Counted from the stretch's first letter, positions 1-12,981 are shown. The stretch is DNA of 64,000 nt from Octopus sinensis (GCF_006345805.1 NC_043008.1:17236001-17300000); one strand, 5' to 3'. The notes: a model not told the origin generated them from the letters alone. Numbers and translations: made by a program.

Positions 1-574
1 TGTGTTAATTCACCATGCAACCTGTTTCCAAGACGTGTGCTAATACATAAATTTATTATCGATTTTGTTGAATTTCTTTGGGTTGCATAGTTGATATTGA
101 TATTTTCAATAGCAGAATGTTGGGTACATATTTTGTAGACTTTTTTTGTTGTTCTTTTTACACAAGTTATGTCTATCTCTTTCATTCATTACTTGTGTCT
201 GAAGTTTATATTTAGCATAGAGTATATATGCTCGAATATGTATGTATAGTCGACATCAAAATTACTGATGTTTACGAAGTACCAATATTTATATCTGCAG
301 TCTGTCTGTTATCTTACATTACTTTTGACACAGGTCAGCACTAAGTGCATTAGTTGTGTCTGATATCTACATTAGATGCGTTTGATGTCCGGAATTTCTA
401 TCTACTTCATCTTACAACGGCATTAGTTACGTTATATATTTGTCATTAGATTGTTGTGAGTTGCATTATTAATCCCTGCTAAAAAAAAAAAAAGCAAGTC
501 AGTAAAAGAAAAACAAACAATAAATAAAAACCAACAGCTATGGTAATAATAATGGTATCAAAATTCAGTACAAA

Positions 575-680
575 TCTGGGAACATTGAGGGAGCAGGTAA
601 ATAGATTACATCAACCCCATTTTTCTGCTGGTACTCTCTTTATCGTTCCCGAAGAGATGAAAAGCAAAGTCAACCCCAGG
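575..680 (-). mobile_element. Degenerate partial SINE family A
   Basis: Reverse complement resembles the family-A core (gactttgc.tttcatc...cgataaa..gtaccag...ggggttgatgtaatc). Confidence 0.6.
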
Positions 681-739
681 TTCCTAATGTCTATTTCATG
701 GTTGCACTAAAACATAAAATACCATAAGATCTATGTATT

Positions 740-1392
740 TCTATTTTCGACAATGTCTTCAGGTTTCTTGGTGTTCTGGTTTCCCTATGTCTTGCTTTGA
801 CCCTAGCAGCTTTTAACAAACTTTCTTCACTATTACCTACATAGGAGTCTAAATATACCCTAGCTAACTCCACACTGTTATCTACTGATACTAACCTTCT
901 TCCACTTACCTTTCTTGGGTGGAATCCTCCATTCATATTGAATTCCGTCCCAGTTCTTCTGTCTAGCTTTTCTAATTAAGTTTTTGTCCAACCTACGAAA
1001 ACTGCCGAGTATCTGAGTAATGCTACTGCCCAAGTATTTACATCCTTCACTAGATTCGGACAATTTAGCATTAACTTCATTAGCTTCCTCACACTTCTGA
1101 TATACTCCTTCTTAATTTTCGTTTTCATTTCTGTAGTTAGTATTCTGTCAGATTCTAATATGTCTAGATAAGTATAGCACGCTCCTTTCAATGATTTTAA
1201 TATCTGGCTATCTGGTGATTAGATGCCTTCGCAGTTGACTACCTGTCCCCTTCCCATGACTAATATTGCACGCTTATCTATGCCAAATTCTATGCCTATA
1301 TTTTTGCTGAAGAGTCTTACAGTCTCTAATAAGGAATCTATCTTTTTTCATTCGTACTAAAACGTTTCAGTTCATCCATGTAGAGCAACTTG

Positions 1393-1396
<4 letters not shown>
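740..1396 (-). mobile_element. 5'-truncated R4/Dong-like non-LTR retrotransposon relic (RT C-terminal part)
   Basis: Minus strand reads INKLLYMDELK...IGIEFGIDKCA...YTYLDILE...KEYIRSVRKL...VNTWAVALLRYS, then GGFHP...GRRL...EESLLKAA across frameshifts and stops. This is typical of R4-clade RT. The 5' end merges into an (AAT)n tract. Confidence 0.8.
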
Positions 1397-1452
<56 letters not shown>

Positions 1453-1460
1453 GTTATTAT
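1395..1460. repeat. (ATT)n microsatellite
   Basis: Direct inspection. Confidence 0.97.
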
Positions 1461-1467
1461 CATCATT

Positions 1468-1630
1468 AAGGTGGGGAGCGCGCCGGAAATTGTTTAGGGA
1501 TATTTCTTTCAGATTTACATCTAGAGTCAAAATGATTCCGGGATCAATTGTCTTTCATCCTTTCGTGGTCGATAAAATAAGTAGCACTCGAGCTTTGGTG
1601 TTAAGTTACTTGATTAGGTCCTCCCACAAT
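1468..1630 (+). mobile_element. Highly degenerate SINE family A
   Basis: Contains tctttcatcctttcgtggtcgataaaataagtagc, which is the family-A core. Confidence 0.55.
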
Positions 1631-2182
1631 TTTTTATGCCAAATTTTCAAGCCTTCTTTTCATGCTTTTATTAGTAAGGATTTCTCCGAACGAAGTACAT
1701 GCTGTCTACAAAAATATCATTTTGCAATTAGAAAAAAAGTTTTATCAAACATATTTGCATATAATTTTCTAAATTTTGAAGTCTCCTCTTTGAGGTATTC
1801 ACGGGAGAAAAAGTTTAAAAAATTGTGTAATATTTTTTCGATAAAGTTCACTTATTCTTTCTCATCATCGACACATAACTATCTTCATTAATTTTTCATT
1901 AATGCTACATCTTCAAAAGTAATAGTAAGAAAGTTATTACACGTTTCACTCAAAAAATAAAAATTAATAAAATATTAATTTCAACGGAAAATGTTAGTAG
2001 TATGCAGAAAGAAATATATAACTCTACCGTTTCAAGACCGAATATGAATAGGCGCTGGTTTGGTTGTGCGCTAAAGATCCTATATAAATTACTGTAATTT
2101 GTACACATAGACCGTGAATGGAATGAAATTCCTGGCCATTACAAGACATACAAACTGTAAGACATAAAGTATTCTTTTTTTT

Positions 2183-2582
2183 TATTTGTTTCAGTCATTT
2201 CACAGCAGCTATGCGGCAGCACCGCTTTGAAAGGCAACAAATTGATCCCAGGATATATTTCTTAATCCTAGTACTTATACTCTCGGTCTCTTTCGCCGAA
2301 CAGTTAGATCACAGAGATGTTAACGAACCAACAATGGTTGTCAAGAGGTGATGGGGAACAATCACAGACGCAAAAACTGTTTCTCTCTCTCTCACACACA
2401 CACACACGCACACACACACACATACGACGATTATTTCAATTTCAATCTACGAAATCCACTCACAAGCCTTTAGTCGGCCCGAGGCTATAGTGGAAGATAC
2501 TTTCCCAAGTTGCCACACAAACGAACTGAACCTGGATCCATGTGAAAGGGAAACAAGCTTCATAACACACAGTCACGCCTGC
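2183..2582 (-). mobile_element. SINE family B (degenerate, full length) with internal CT/CA microsatellite
   Basis: Collinear with the reverse complement of 23265-23699. Confidence 0.8.
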
Positions 2583-3079
2583 ACAGGAAATTTCTAGTTG
2601 ATGTACGAATCGTGAAAGAAATAGTATTGCCTTCTAAATAGCACAAATATGACAGAATCCCAGTGGAAACATCGAACACATTTCAAGAAAATTTACATTA
2701 CAACTATCTTCAGAAGTTGGAACCCTGTTATAACCCAAGAGTTCATCACAAGGATTTATTAATCTTCAGCTACGAGCATTGGAGTGAGTAAAGTAAATGG
2801 AGGCTAAATTAGGAATAAATAAATAATAGCTGGGTTATCGTAACAGTATGTTTTACTATTTATGCCGATATTCTCAGTAAAATATTTATTATAGTAAGTT
2901 TTTAATTATTTCGCGTAATTATGTGTATCGTAAACGTTTAATTCATGTAATGGCAAATTTCTGAGGTCTTACACCCTTCCTTTCGTCATGATATGTCTTA
3001 ACACTGCATACCCACGTAAATTCGTAGTATTCCGATGTAAGGTTTGTATTTTTCTATATCCATTCGAGTCTTTACACCT

Positions 3080-3094
3080 AATAATAATAAAAAC

Positions 3095-3147
<53 letters not shown>

Positions 3148-3228
3148 TAATAATAATAATAATGATAATAATAATAATAATAATTGTTATTATTATTATT
3201 ATTATTATTATCATTGTTGTTGTTGTTA
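3080..3228. repeat. (AAT)n followed by inverted (TTA/TTG)n
   Basis: Direct inspection. Confidence 0.97.
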
Positions 3229-3435
3229 TCGAGTGAAAGAGGAGCGCGTGACATCATAGTGACATCGGTCTACAAATATACGAAGCCCAATATGCCAAGG
3301 GCTTTTTGTTCGTCTGTCATGTCGCCACCAGTTTTATTGTCTTCTTTTAGATCATCTATATGTCTCTCATTAAGTAAACTCATCGACTTCTCCCCTCTCC
3401 CCAAATTTTAGGCCTTGCGCCTTTAGTAGAAAGAA

Positions 3436-3685
3436 TCATCATCACCATCATCATCACCATCATCATCACCACCACCACCACACCACCACCACCACCACCA
3501 CCACCACCACCATCACCATCATCATCGTCATCGTCATTGTCATCGTCATCGTCATCGTCGTCGTCACCATCATCATCCTCATCATCATCATCATCGTCAT
3601 CGTCATCGTCATCGTCATCATCATCATCATCATCGTCATCGTCATCGTCATCGTCATCATCCTCATCATCATCATCACTATCTTC

Positions 3686-3733
<48 letters not shown>

Positions 3734-3795
3734 GTCATCGTCGTCGTCATCCTCCTCCTTTTCATCATCATCATCATCATCATCGTCGTCGTCGT
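3436..3795. repeat. Compound (CAT/CAC/CGT)n microsatellite, preceded by a SINE-A type-2 tail (about 3380-3435)
   Basis: Direct inspection. It explains the poly-D/S/M ORFs. Confidence 0.95.
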
Positions 3796-4479
3796 CAGTC
3801 ACTGCATGTAAAAATACTTTGTTTTCAACTCGCTCTGAAAGAGAAAAAAAAATATTTTAAAGGAGGTTGTTAGTTGTTGAAATGTTATTTGTACGAAAAT
3901 ATTTTGCCCACACATATTTTACAGTTTTGGTGTATGCCTTTACAAGGGTTCTCAAAGGAAATATCATGCCGCTGTTTTGTTTATACGAAATTTTAATTTC
4001 CCTCTTACGTTATCAAGAAGAAAAAAATATGGCTATGTTCATAGAGAAAATAAACAAAAACAGCAAGTAAACAAAAGGCAAAGTATTCATAGTAAACACT
4101 AATAAAAAGAAAACGTGTATTTCAACTACAACTGTTGGAGACATCTTGTCAACAAGAACAACATTTATATAAAATACTATGCGTGCATGTATCACTTCTG
4201 ATCTAAACAGCAACATCGATTTTTTTTCTCTTGCTCGATAGATTCAAATCTCGGAAGCATTTTCTAGATCGACGAGGGGCCAGAGATCCACGATTAATCA
4301 TGGATGCCCGTGAGGGAAGAAACAAGAAAAAGCTAACTTAAGTCTCTGCCAAATGAAGCAACTGTTTCTTTTCTTTTGTTTAATTTTTTGTAGTTCCATC
4401 TGCGGATAAGTTGGTAACAACTGTTGTAGATATTCTGAAGGAAATATAATTTATTTAGACAGGGTAGGCCTATAGCAGT

Positions 4480-4800
4480 GGAGGCGCAATGGCCCGGTGG
4501 TTAGAGCAGTGGACACAGGGTCGGAAGATCACGGTTTCGATTCCCAGATCGGGCGTTGTGTGTGTTTATTGAGCGAAAACACCTAAAGCTCCATGTGGTT
4601 CCGGCAGGGGGTGGTGGCGAGCCCTGTTGTACTCTCTCGCCCCAACTTTCTCTATTTTTTTTTTACCTGATTCTTGAGCAACGCTGCGATGTACTGGCGT
4701 TCAGGCCAGCTGGGGGAAACGCATACGCCACAGAAACCGGGAAACCGGGCCCATGAGCCTGGCTAGGCTTTAAAAGGGCGCATAAATAAATAATAAATAA
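4480..4800 (+). mobile_element. tRNA-derived SINE family C
   Basis: A box tggcccggtgg, B box ggtttcgattccc, (TAAA)n tail, and decayed TSD aggcctatagcagt / aggcatatagcaagt. The head is also present at 62041-62211 (-). Confidence 0.85.
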
Positions 4801-5580
4801 AGGCATATAGCAAGTAATGTGTGATCCGCCAAATGGAGAATGGGATGAAAATGGAAACCACAATTGAATACCACAAAGAACCTCACCTGGTGGGACCGCA
4901 GAATTTGGGAATGCAAGTCAAATACATCAGAGTCAGGGACATCGTGGAGTTATTGAAACCTGTCATGTTGTCGCATTTGTTGCATAATATGGAATGATAG
5001 TCAGTGCAGGTGTAACGTTTGGTGCTATGTGGTGGTTGATATGATACACCTGAGGATACCACTCAAACACAAGTCAATACCAAAACTTTGTCTGCTAAAC
5101 AAGTGAGGAGAGGAAAGCATTAAATCTCAGCATCTAAGGCTGATAACTGAGGTAAAATCATTCTACAATGGAATTACAAAATTGCAACTTTGAAATCAAA
5201 AGTAGCAATAGGGAAAATTATGTTTCTTCTCTCGTCTTGGATCAATACCATAAGTTGTTTATTAGTAATACATTGTTCATCGGCTTTTCTCGAATACTAC
5301 CTCATATTTGGTTGCGTGTTGGATTGTTAAAATCATTAAAACGAGGAATTCTCATCTAGGACAAAATCATCTCAATTAAACGAAGGTTACACTTTTGTTT
5401 CGAATTTCCAAGTTAATTCATCGTCCTGATGATTAACTAAATTGAAAACCTCTCGTTTAATAACTATTACAACAGAGGGTCAGTTAGCTAAGAAAGCCTG
5501 CATTTTACCCATTCCACTCCCTCAATTCGGATTTCTATTCGCATTTTGTTTCAGATCCTCAGCTATACAGAACCTTGTAA

Positions 5581-5812
5581 AGGCGGCGAGCTGGCAGAAA
5601 CGTTAGCACGCCGGGCGAAATGCGTTGCCGTATTTCGTCTGTCATTACGTTCGAAGTTCAAATTCCGCCGAGGTCGACTTTGCCTTTCATCCTTTCGGGG
5701 TCGATAAATTAAGTACCAGTTACGCACTGGGTTCGATGTAATCGACTTAATCCCTTTGTCTGTCCTTGTTTGTCCCCTCTGTGTTTAGCCCTTTGTCGGT
5801 AGTAAAGAAATA
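5581..5812 (+). mobile_element. tRNA-derived SINE family A (type-1 tail) with 17-bp TSD
   Basis: A-box-like tggcagaaacgtt and B box gttcaaattcc. TSD tatacagaaccttgtaa at 5564-5580 and 5813-5829. Confidence 0.92.
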
Positions 5813-6447
5813 TATACAGAACCTTGTAACTTCGATATAAGAAAAAAGTGTAAAACTTTCGATGGCAAAAATTTGCTATTGTTCCTGATCAAGCATTGTC
5901 CACTTTTTGCTCTCCATACCTGCTTACAAACTTCTTACAAACGGATTCCAGGATCTTACCCATGAATATGAATGCATGCATGCATACATACATATATGTG
6001 TGTATGAGAGAGAGAACGAGAGAGAGAGATGAGAGAGAGAGAGACTGTGTGTGTATAAATGCTTGTATGTATATATAACTCACAACACTCTGGTGGCCTG
6101 GACATATACAACGAACCTGGAAGTGTCAGTAGAAACCGAAATGTTTATGACAAAATAGCACCTGCTACGTATAGATGTATTAATAATTGCCACAGTATAC
6201 TTGACAAATGACACAAGCAGAGTGTATTTAATGAAACACAATGCGACATCTTAGTCTCGTACGTATTAGCAAAGCGTCTTTACATGAATTTCAGCTACTT
6301 CAAGGAAAAAGATATATGTTTCCAATATGGACATACAGCTGTCTTAGAAAATGGCAATATGATAATGCTTTTCAACATTCGCAAGGTGAGAATCGGTAAT
6401 AAGACTGCGAGCGTTTCTTGTAGACAAAACTGCTAAGGTGTAATAAT

Positions 6448-6664
6448 CTCTCTTTACTCTCTTTTACTTGTTTCACTCATCTGACTGCGGCCATGCAAAA
6501 GCACCGCCTTTAGTCGAGCAAATCGACCCCGGGAATTATTCTTTTGTAAGCCCAGTACTTATTCTATCGGTCTCTTTTACCGAACCGCTAAGTGACGGGG
6601 ACGTAAACACACCAGCATCGGTTGTCAAGCAATGCTAGGGGGACAAACACAGACATACAAACAT

Positions 6665-6700
<36 letters not shown>

Positions 6701-6862
6701 GACAGGCTTCTTTCAGTTTCCGTCTACCAAATCCACTCACAAGGCATTGGTCGGCCTGGGGCTATAGCAGAAGACACTTGCCCAAGATGCCACGCAGTGG
6801 GACTGAACCTGGAACCATGTGGTTGGTTAGCAAGCTACTTACCCCACAGCCACTTCTGCGCC
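6448..6862 (-). mobile_element. SINE family B, full length, internal (TA)n
   Basis: Highly similar to the reverse complement of 23265-23699. tRNA-like head. Confidence 0.92.
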
Positions 6863-6991
6863 TGACATAGCAATACTGACTCCTTGAAATATTCTCCGAG
6901 ACTGGCTAAAGATCTGACACATATAAAAATAAAAACATTATAGTAGTTAAAAGAATAGATCCATCTTTCTATTAATATTTATTAGAAACTA

Positions 6992-7557
6992 AGGCGGCGA
7001 GCTGGCAGAAACGTTAGCACGCCGGGCGAAATGCTTAGCGGTATTTCGTCTGCCGTTACGTTCTGAGTTCAAATTCCGCTGAGGTCGACTTTGCCTTTCA
7101 TCCTTTTGGGGTCGATAAATTAAGTATCAGTTACGCACTGGGGTCGATGTAATCGACTTAATCCGTCTGTCTGTCCTTGTTTGTCCCCTCTGTGTTTAGC
7201 CCCTTGTGTGTAGTAAAGAAATAGGTATTTCGTCTGATGCTACGTTCTGAGTTCAAATAGCGCCGAGGTCGACTTTGCCTTTCATCCTTTCGGGGTCGAT
7301 AATTTAAGTACCAGTTATGCACTGGGGTCGATGTAATCTACTTAATACGTTTGTCTGTCCTTTTTTGTCCGCTCTGTGTTTAGCCCCTTGTGGGTAGTAA
7401 AGAAATAGGTATTTCGTCTGCCGCTACGTTCTGAGTTCAGATTCCGCTGAGGTCGACTTTGCCTTTCATCCTTTCGGGGTCGATTAAATAAGCAACAGTT
7501 ACGCACTGAAGTTGATATAATCAACTTAATCCGTTTGTCTGTCCTTCTTTGTCCCCC
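6992..7557 (+). mobile_element. SINE family A trimer (one head plus three tandem 184-bp bodies, the third truncated)
   Basis: Units begin with ggtatttcgtctg at 7040, 7224 and 7408. Confidence 0.92.
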
Positions 7558-7574
7558 GACGACGACGACGACGA

Positions 7575-7820
7575 ATGTGGTAGACGGAAACTGTGTGGAA
7601 GCACGTCATATATCACTGTATGTGCATATCCTTTTGCTTGTGTTTGTAACCGCTCATCACTTGACGACCGGCGCTAGTTTGATTACCTCTTCATTATTTA
7701 GCGATTTAGCAACACACGCCAATACCATGTTCTTTTGGTGGCTCAATCTCTTCGACATAAGCAATTCAAAGTGACCCAGCGTAGCTGCATTTCAGTAACT
7801 GAAACATGTAAAAGACAGAA
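7575..7820 (+). mobile_element. Degenerate 3' part of SINE family B
   Basis: ggtagacggaaactg...cttgacgaccggcgctag...actgaaacatgtaaaaga matches family B. Confidence 0.65.
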
Positions 7821-8153
7821 TATAAAATTGAAAACCAAATTTTGGTGGTAAATATATATTTATTATTCATATCCTGTTAATATTATCACAATTCTGTGCA
7901 TCAATTATTATTAGTACCGTATTTAAAGTTATATCTTGCATCTTGTTTATTTCCATTTCAAGACATTTCTACTTTGATAATGTTTCCATATGCCCCAGGT
8001 AGTATATTTTTTTATTGAAATATTATCATATCAAGATACATAAGAAAGCGTATAGCTTTTTTTGTTCTTTTCTGATACCTTTTAAATACTTTTTTACACC
8101 TATCTCTCTTGTCATTTTAATGTCTTCATGTCATTGTTTCACCTTTAATTTTT

Positions 8154-8192
8154 CATCATCATCATCATCACCATTATCACCATTATCACCAT

Positions 8193-8226
<34 letters not shown>

Positions 8227-8246
8227 GTCGTCATCACCACCACCAT

Positions 8247-8278
<32 letters not shown>

Positions 8279-8481
8279 CCATCATCATCATCGTGATCAT
8301 CATCATCATCATCAGCAGCAGCAGCAGCGGCAACATCGTGATCATCATCATCATCATCATCATCGACATCATCACCGACTTCATCATTATCATCATCATC
8401 GTGATCAACATCATCCTCATCATCTTCCTCACCGACATCATCACCGACATCATCATCATCAGCAGCAGCAGCAGCATCGAG

Positions 8482-8550
<69 letters not shown>

Positions 8551-8895
8551 GTCATCATCATTATCATCCTCATCATCATCATCAACATCATCGTTAACTT
8601 CATCATCATCATCATCATCATCATCACCAGCATCATCATCACCATCGACATCATCATCATCATCATCATCTTTTTCGTCATCATCTTCATCATGGTCGTC
8701 ACCTTCATTGTCGCAGCTGTGGCCGTCGTCGTCGCCATAGACTTCACTGTCTTGATTATCATTACCATTGTCATCATCGTTGTCTTCGTATCGTTGCTGT
8801 TGTCGTCATCGTCGTCATCATCAACCTCCTCATCATCATCATTGTCATTTTCGTTGCCTTCGTCATCAACATCGCTTTCCTCATCCTCCTCATAA
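8154..8895. repeat. Long degenerate (CAT)n array
   Basis: Direct inspection. Confidence 0.97.
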
Positions 8896-9921
8896 TCACT
8901 ATTATTTTCATTGTTATCAACGTTGGAGGCGAGGTATTGTTGATGTTGTTGTCGTTGTTCTTCATATTGCTATTTTCTTACCCGATTTAAACTTCATTAA
9001 GTCATCACATGTTTTATAAACTGATTCCTAAAACTATTTTAGTCGAGTTTGCCGTAAAGGACACGTGAAGCAAGAAACTAAAATAAAATATGTCATACCT
9101 CATATATATATACATACATAAATCAAAATTAACAACAGCATTTATTTGTGATGAAGTTGCGGAATGAATTTCATAAACGCTTTAGTAGTAACTTGTCAAA
9201 ACTTGTTCCTTTCCTGGTAGGAGAACATTTTTAATTACATTTTTCACGAGGAGATTATTACTAATAATAGTCATGCAGTTATTACGCCCATATATGCAGT
9301 ATCTCCCCTAAGTAATACTAACAATAACAACTATAGCATATCCAGAGGAAATTGACAGAGCGACACAACAGCAGACATAACCAATCGTGATTTCATATTT
9401 TTTAAATCTTTTTTATTTTATGATATTGCCAAAAGAGAACGACAAAAATAATTATTTTAAAACAACAATGCCTAGAATGGGAACAAAATGATTTTGTCCT
9501 TAAGCCTGTTTCGAAACGCTGGTTAGTACTGAAAGAAAAATCGTCGAAGCAATGGGAAAATTTAGTCAAAATTGAAAAAAAAAAATCAGATATTTCCAAC
9601 GATCATAAAAGGATTCTGAGTTACGTTGTATCGCCACGTAGGAGACCTGAGTGCTAGACAAGCAGTAGCAGTAAACATTTGAAGATCTCTTCCACTAACT
9701 TCAGAAATCACTACCTACACATCAATAACAATAATGAGGTCGAAAGCAACAATACCAGAAACTACAATACCAATAGTAGCCACGGACTCAAAATTAGTGG
9801 AAACTACATGAGTTACAATGACAGCAGCGGTGGATAACACAACAGACACAGCAACGCAGGAGGTCCAACGAGGAAACGTGCAAGAAAAGCGCCCTTACTA
9901 ACAACAATGCTAATGGGTAAA

Positions 9922-10229
9922 AGACCCCCATTCAGTCATTAATGGCCGTGAGATTGCTTCTGTAATGTTAACTTCCGAGGCAGAAGTCCAGGCAAGGTCT
10001 TGTAGAAGACCAGTATTCACCCTTGCATACCACCCACCCCTCTCCATGCCACCGATATTATCCATAGGCAAAGGTTGAGACAGTTTAGCACAACTGACGT
10101 TCCTACACCTGAGTGAACTGGAGCATCGTGGATTAAAGTGACTTCTTGATGAACACAACACATCCCGATCCGAGAATCGAAATCACGCCCTCATGATTGT
10201 AGGCCCGGAGCTCTAATATCTGAGCCATG
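9922..10229 (-). mobile_element. tRNA-derived SINE family D (degenerate)
   Basis: Collinear with the reverse complement of 54776-55096. Confidence 0.8.
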
Positions 10230-10899
10230 ACAACAACAATAGTAATAGCAATAAGACGTAGACCGGATCCCAGAAAAGTCAGATCCATTTCCAACACCAC
10301 AAACAAGAGTAGCTTTCCTGAGATTAGGAGCTCACCAACTCATAGCAACATACAATGCCACAGTCACATATGCGTTGGTTCGGTTACTTGCGGACGTTGA
10401 GACTTAGTCATACGACGAATGCAAGATGAGATTGTAACATATGACCTGAGAGAAGTTCAGTGAAAAACAAATAGAAACAGCAAAGCAGCGTTCACCAAGT
10501 TGAAAGCTGAACATTTTTGTTAGCGAAATACAGAAAAAAACGTTGTCTCCAGTCACACAAAATCTAATAGTCACCCCACCAGCACCACTCCTATAACAAA
10601 GACAGCAAAAAGGACAAAAGAATCAACAGTATAAGTGATGATTCTGGAAAATCCGCAAATACAAAAGGAAATTCGAAAACAATGACAAATGCAGAAACAA
10701 CAATACCAAAATCAAATGTAAAACGCAAAAACTTATGAAAGTTACTGTAGTTCGAAAGAGCAAGAGTTTGATAAAAGAGGTAGTAAATTGCAAAAACATT
10801 TTCACCAAAGACGCCATTAACATAAACTGGAAAAAACGCTGGAAACTAAGTAACCTTTCGACAGAGGAACATAAGTGAATGCATTGATAGATAGCTACG

Positions 10900-11006
10900 T
10901 ATATATATATATATATATAATATATATATATATATATTATATATATATAATATATATAATATATATATATATAATATATATATATATACATATATATATT
11001 TTTATA

Positions 11007-11095
<89 letters not shown>

Positions 11096-11104
11096 ATATA
11101 TATA

Positions 11105-11177
<73 letters not shown>
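10900..11177. repeat. (TA)n plus (TG)n microsatellite
   Basis: Direct inspection. Confidence 0.97.
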
Positions 11178-11179
<2 letters not shown>

Positions 11180-11358
11180 TGTACACGCGTATGTTTTAGA
11201 TTATTTTTGCATATATACCAAAATAAATAGACGTATGCAAAGTATATAGTCGAGTCTATCTATTCATTCAGAATACACATACTTTTTCCATCATATGTGC
11301 CGAGGTAATATTTTTGTATCTATGTAGGTATATAATATATACAATAAGTATGTATAAT

Positions 11359-11615
11359 CTTTTACTCTTTTACTTGTATCAGTCATTTCAATGCGGCCAT
11401 GCTGGAGTATCGCCTTTAGTCGAGCGAATCGACCTCAGGACTTATTCTTTGTAAGCCTAGTACTTATTCTATCTGGCTATTTTGCCGAACCACTAAGTTA
11501 CGGGTACGTAAACACAAGCGGAGTTGTGGAGACAAACACAGACACACAAATACATACACACATATATACATATACATATATACTATGGGCTTCCAAATCC
11601 ACTCAGAAGGCTTTG
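11359..11615 (-). mobile_element. 3' part of SINE family B
   Basis: Matches 6448-6745 with internal deletions. Confidence 0.8.
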
Positions 11616-12340
11616 TTCCTGAGTTGCACATATGAGTGATTCTGCCTCTATCTTCAGGTTACTCCTCTTCATCCATAGCCACCGCTCCTCTGTATTTGTT
11701 TTGGCTTTCACATTCCTCGCAAACTAACCCTAGATTAGTTTTTCTTTTTTTTTTTGATCATTGCTTGTTTAAATTTTTCTTAAGTTAAAAAATTTTCAGT
11801 GTTGTTGACGCCGGCCTTCTTCGTTCTTTCAACAGTGGCTCCACTTCCTTTTTTATATACCACCCTAGGCTGTTTTTCTTCCCTTCGATACTGTCCTGGC
11901 CACTGATTAAACATCACCCATCATTTCTTCTGCACAAATACAGCCTATCGGTGTCTTTATAGAGCGGAAGATTCCGTGTACTGTCAACATTTTTCTGGTC
12001 TTAGTATCAATTTTCTTCACTTCTCTCTTTTGCCATTTTATAATTCCCGTTCGAAACCGAAGTGATGTTATCGCCCAACTATTAACTGTTTGGATTTTAT
12101 TCCATCCGCTTAATTTTGAGCGCACACCAACCTCAGTCTTCGAAAATACTCCATCCTCAGCTGCTCTTTCATTTTCTTTTCCCTTAACTCGTTCAACTTT
12201 AGTACACCAAGGTATCTATTTTCTTTGGTTTCAATTTGTTTAATCAGGTCTCTGTTCCGTAATTCTAACCCTGCTAGGGACTGTGCCTTGCTTCTTTTTA
12301 GGTAGATTATTCCGCACTTATTGAGCCCAAATTCCATTCT
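11608..12340 (-). mobile_element. R4/Dong-like non-LTR retrotransposon relic (RT end and post-RT region)
   Basis: MEFGLNKC...RYLGV...EYFRRLRL / SKLSGWNKIQTVNSWA...IDTKTRKMLT / WLWMKRSNLKIEAESLICATQEQ, with frameshifts. Confidence 0.85.
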
Positions 12341-12374
12341 AATATTAATAAAAGAAGTGGACCTTATACCCCAA

Positions 12375-12660
12375 GGAACTCCATGTTTCCAGAGGTGAAT
12401 TATTAAAACCCCAAAGAATCCCTCTCAACACATAGCTATGATGATCCCCCACTACTTCTGTTCGTGATCAGAGATGCACATATCGTTAGCCACCAATGGA
12501 CATGCTCAACTGGTTAAGGTCAAACAAATGACAAACAAATATGTGGTTTGAGCAGAATATTTACTCTAGCCCATCTTTTACACCAAGACAAAACAATATA
12601 CATCCAATCAGTTAAGATCAGAATTCATAAAAGCCACTGCTAGCTATTGCCTCAAAGCAA
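12375..12660 (-). mobile_element. Partial (5' half) copy of non-coding element E
   Basis: Reverse complement aligns by eye with about 51802-52092. It begins at an (AAT)n tract. Confidence 0.85.
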
Positions 12661-12675
12661 TTATTATTGTTATTA

Positions 12676-12718
<43 letters not shown>

Positions 12719-12721
12719 TAC

Positions 12722-12765
<44 letters not shown>

Positions 12766-12793
12766 TATTATTATTATTACTTTTATTATTATT
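12660..12793. repeat. (ATT)n microsatellite
   Basis: Direct inspection. Confidence 0.97.
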
Positions 12794-12927
12794 CCTTTTG
12801 TTCATCATGTAGAGGCACGTGTGTATTCATCATTATTCCATTTTTTATTCAATTGTAGCATGTCTTTGACAAGTCCTGAGTGGAAGCGCCCTGAACTTTA
12901 TTGTCCACCTTCTATGTTTGGATATAT

Positions 12928-12958
<31 letters not shown>

Positions 12959-12981
12959 CATATATATCCTAACATAGAAGG

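Noticed and set aside
4242-4341. Possible plus-strand terminal exon (acceptor ...ttgctcgatag; FKSRKHFLDRRGARDPRLIMDAREGRNKKKLT*)
   Set aside because: No recognisable homology and no linked upstream exon or transcript evidence.
4480-4550. tRNA-like sequences at SINE heads (also 23270 and 54776)
   Set aside because: They have A/B boxes but no complete cloverleaf, and they continue into repeat bodies. They are SINEs, not tRNA genes.
6295-6385. Exon-like segment ttcag|...caag|gtgaga
   Set aside because: Weak polypyrimidine tract and unrecognisable peptide. Expected by chance.
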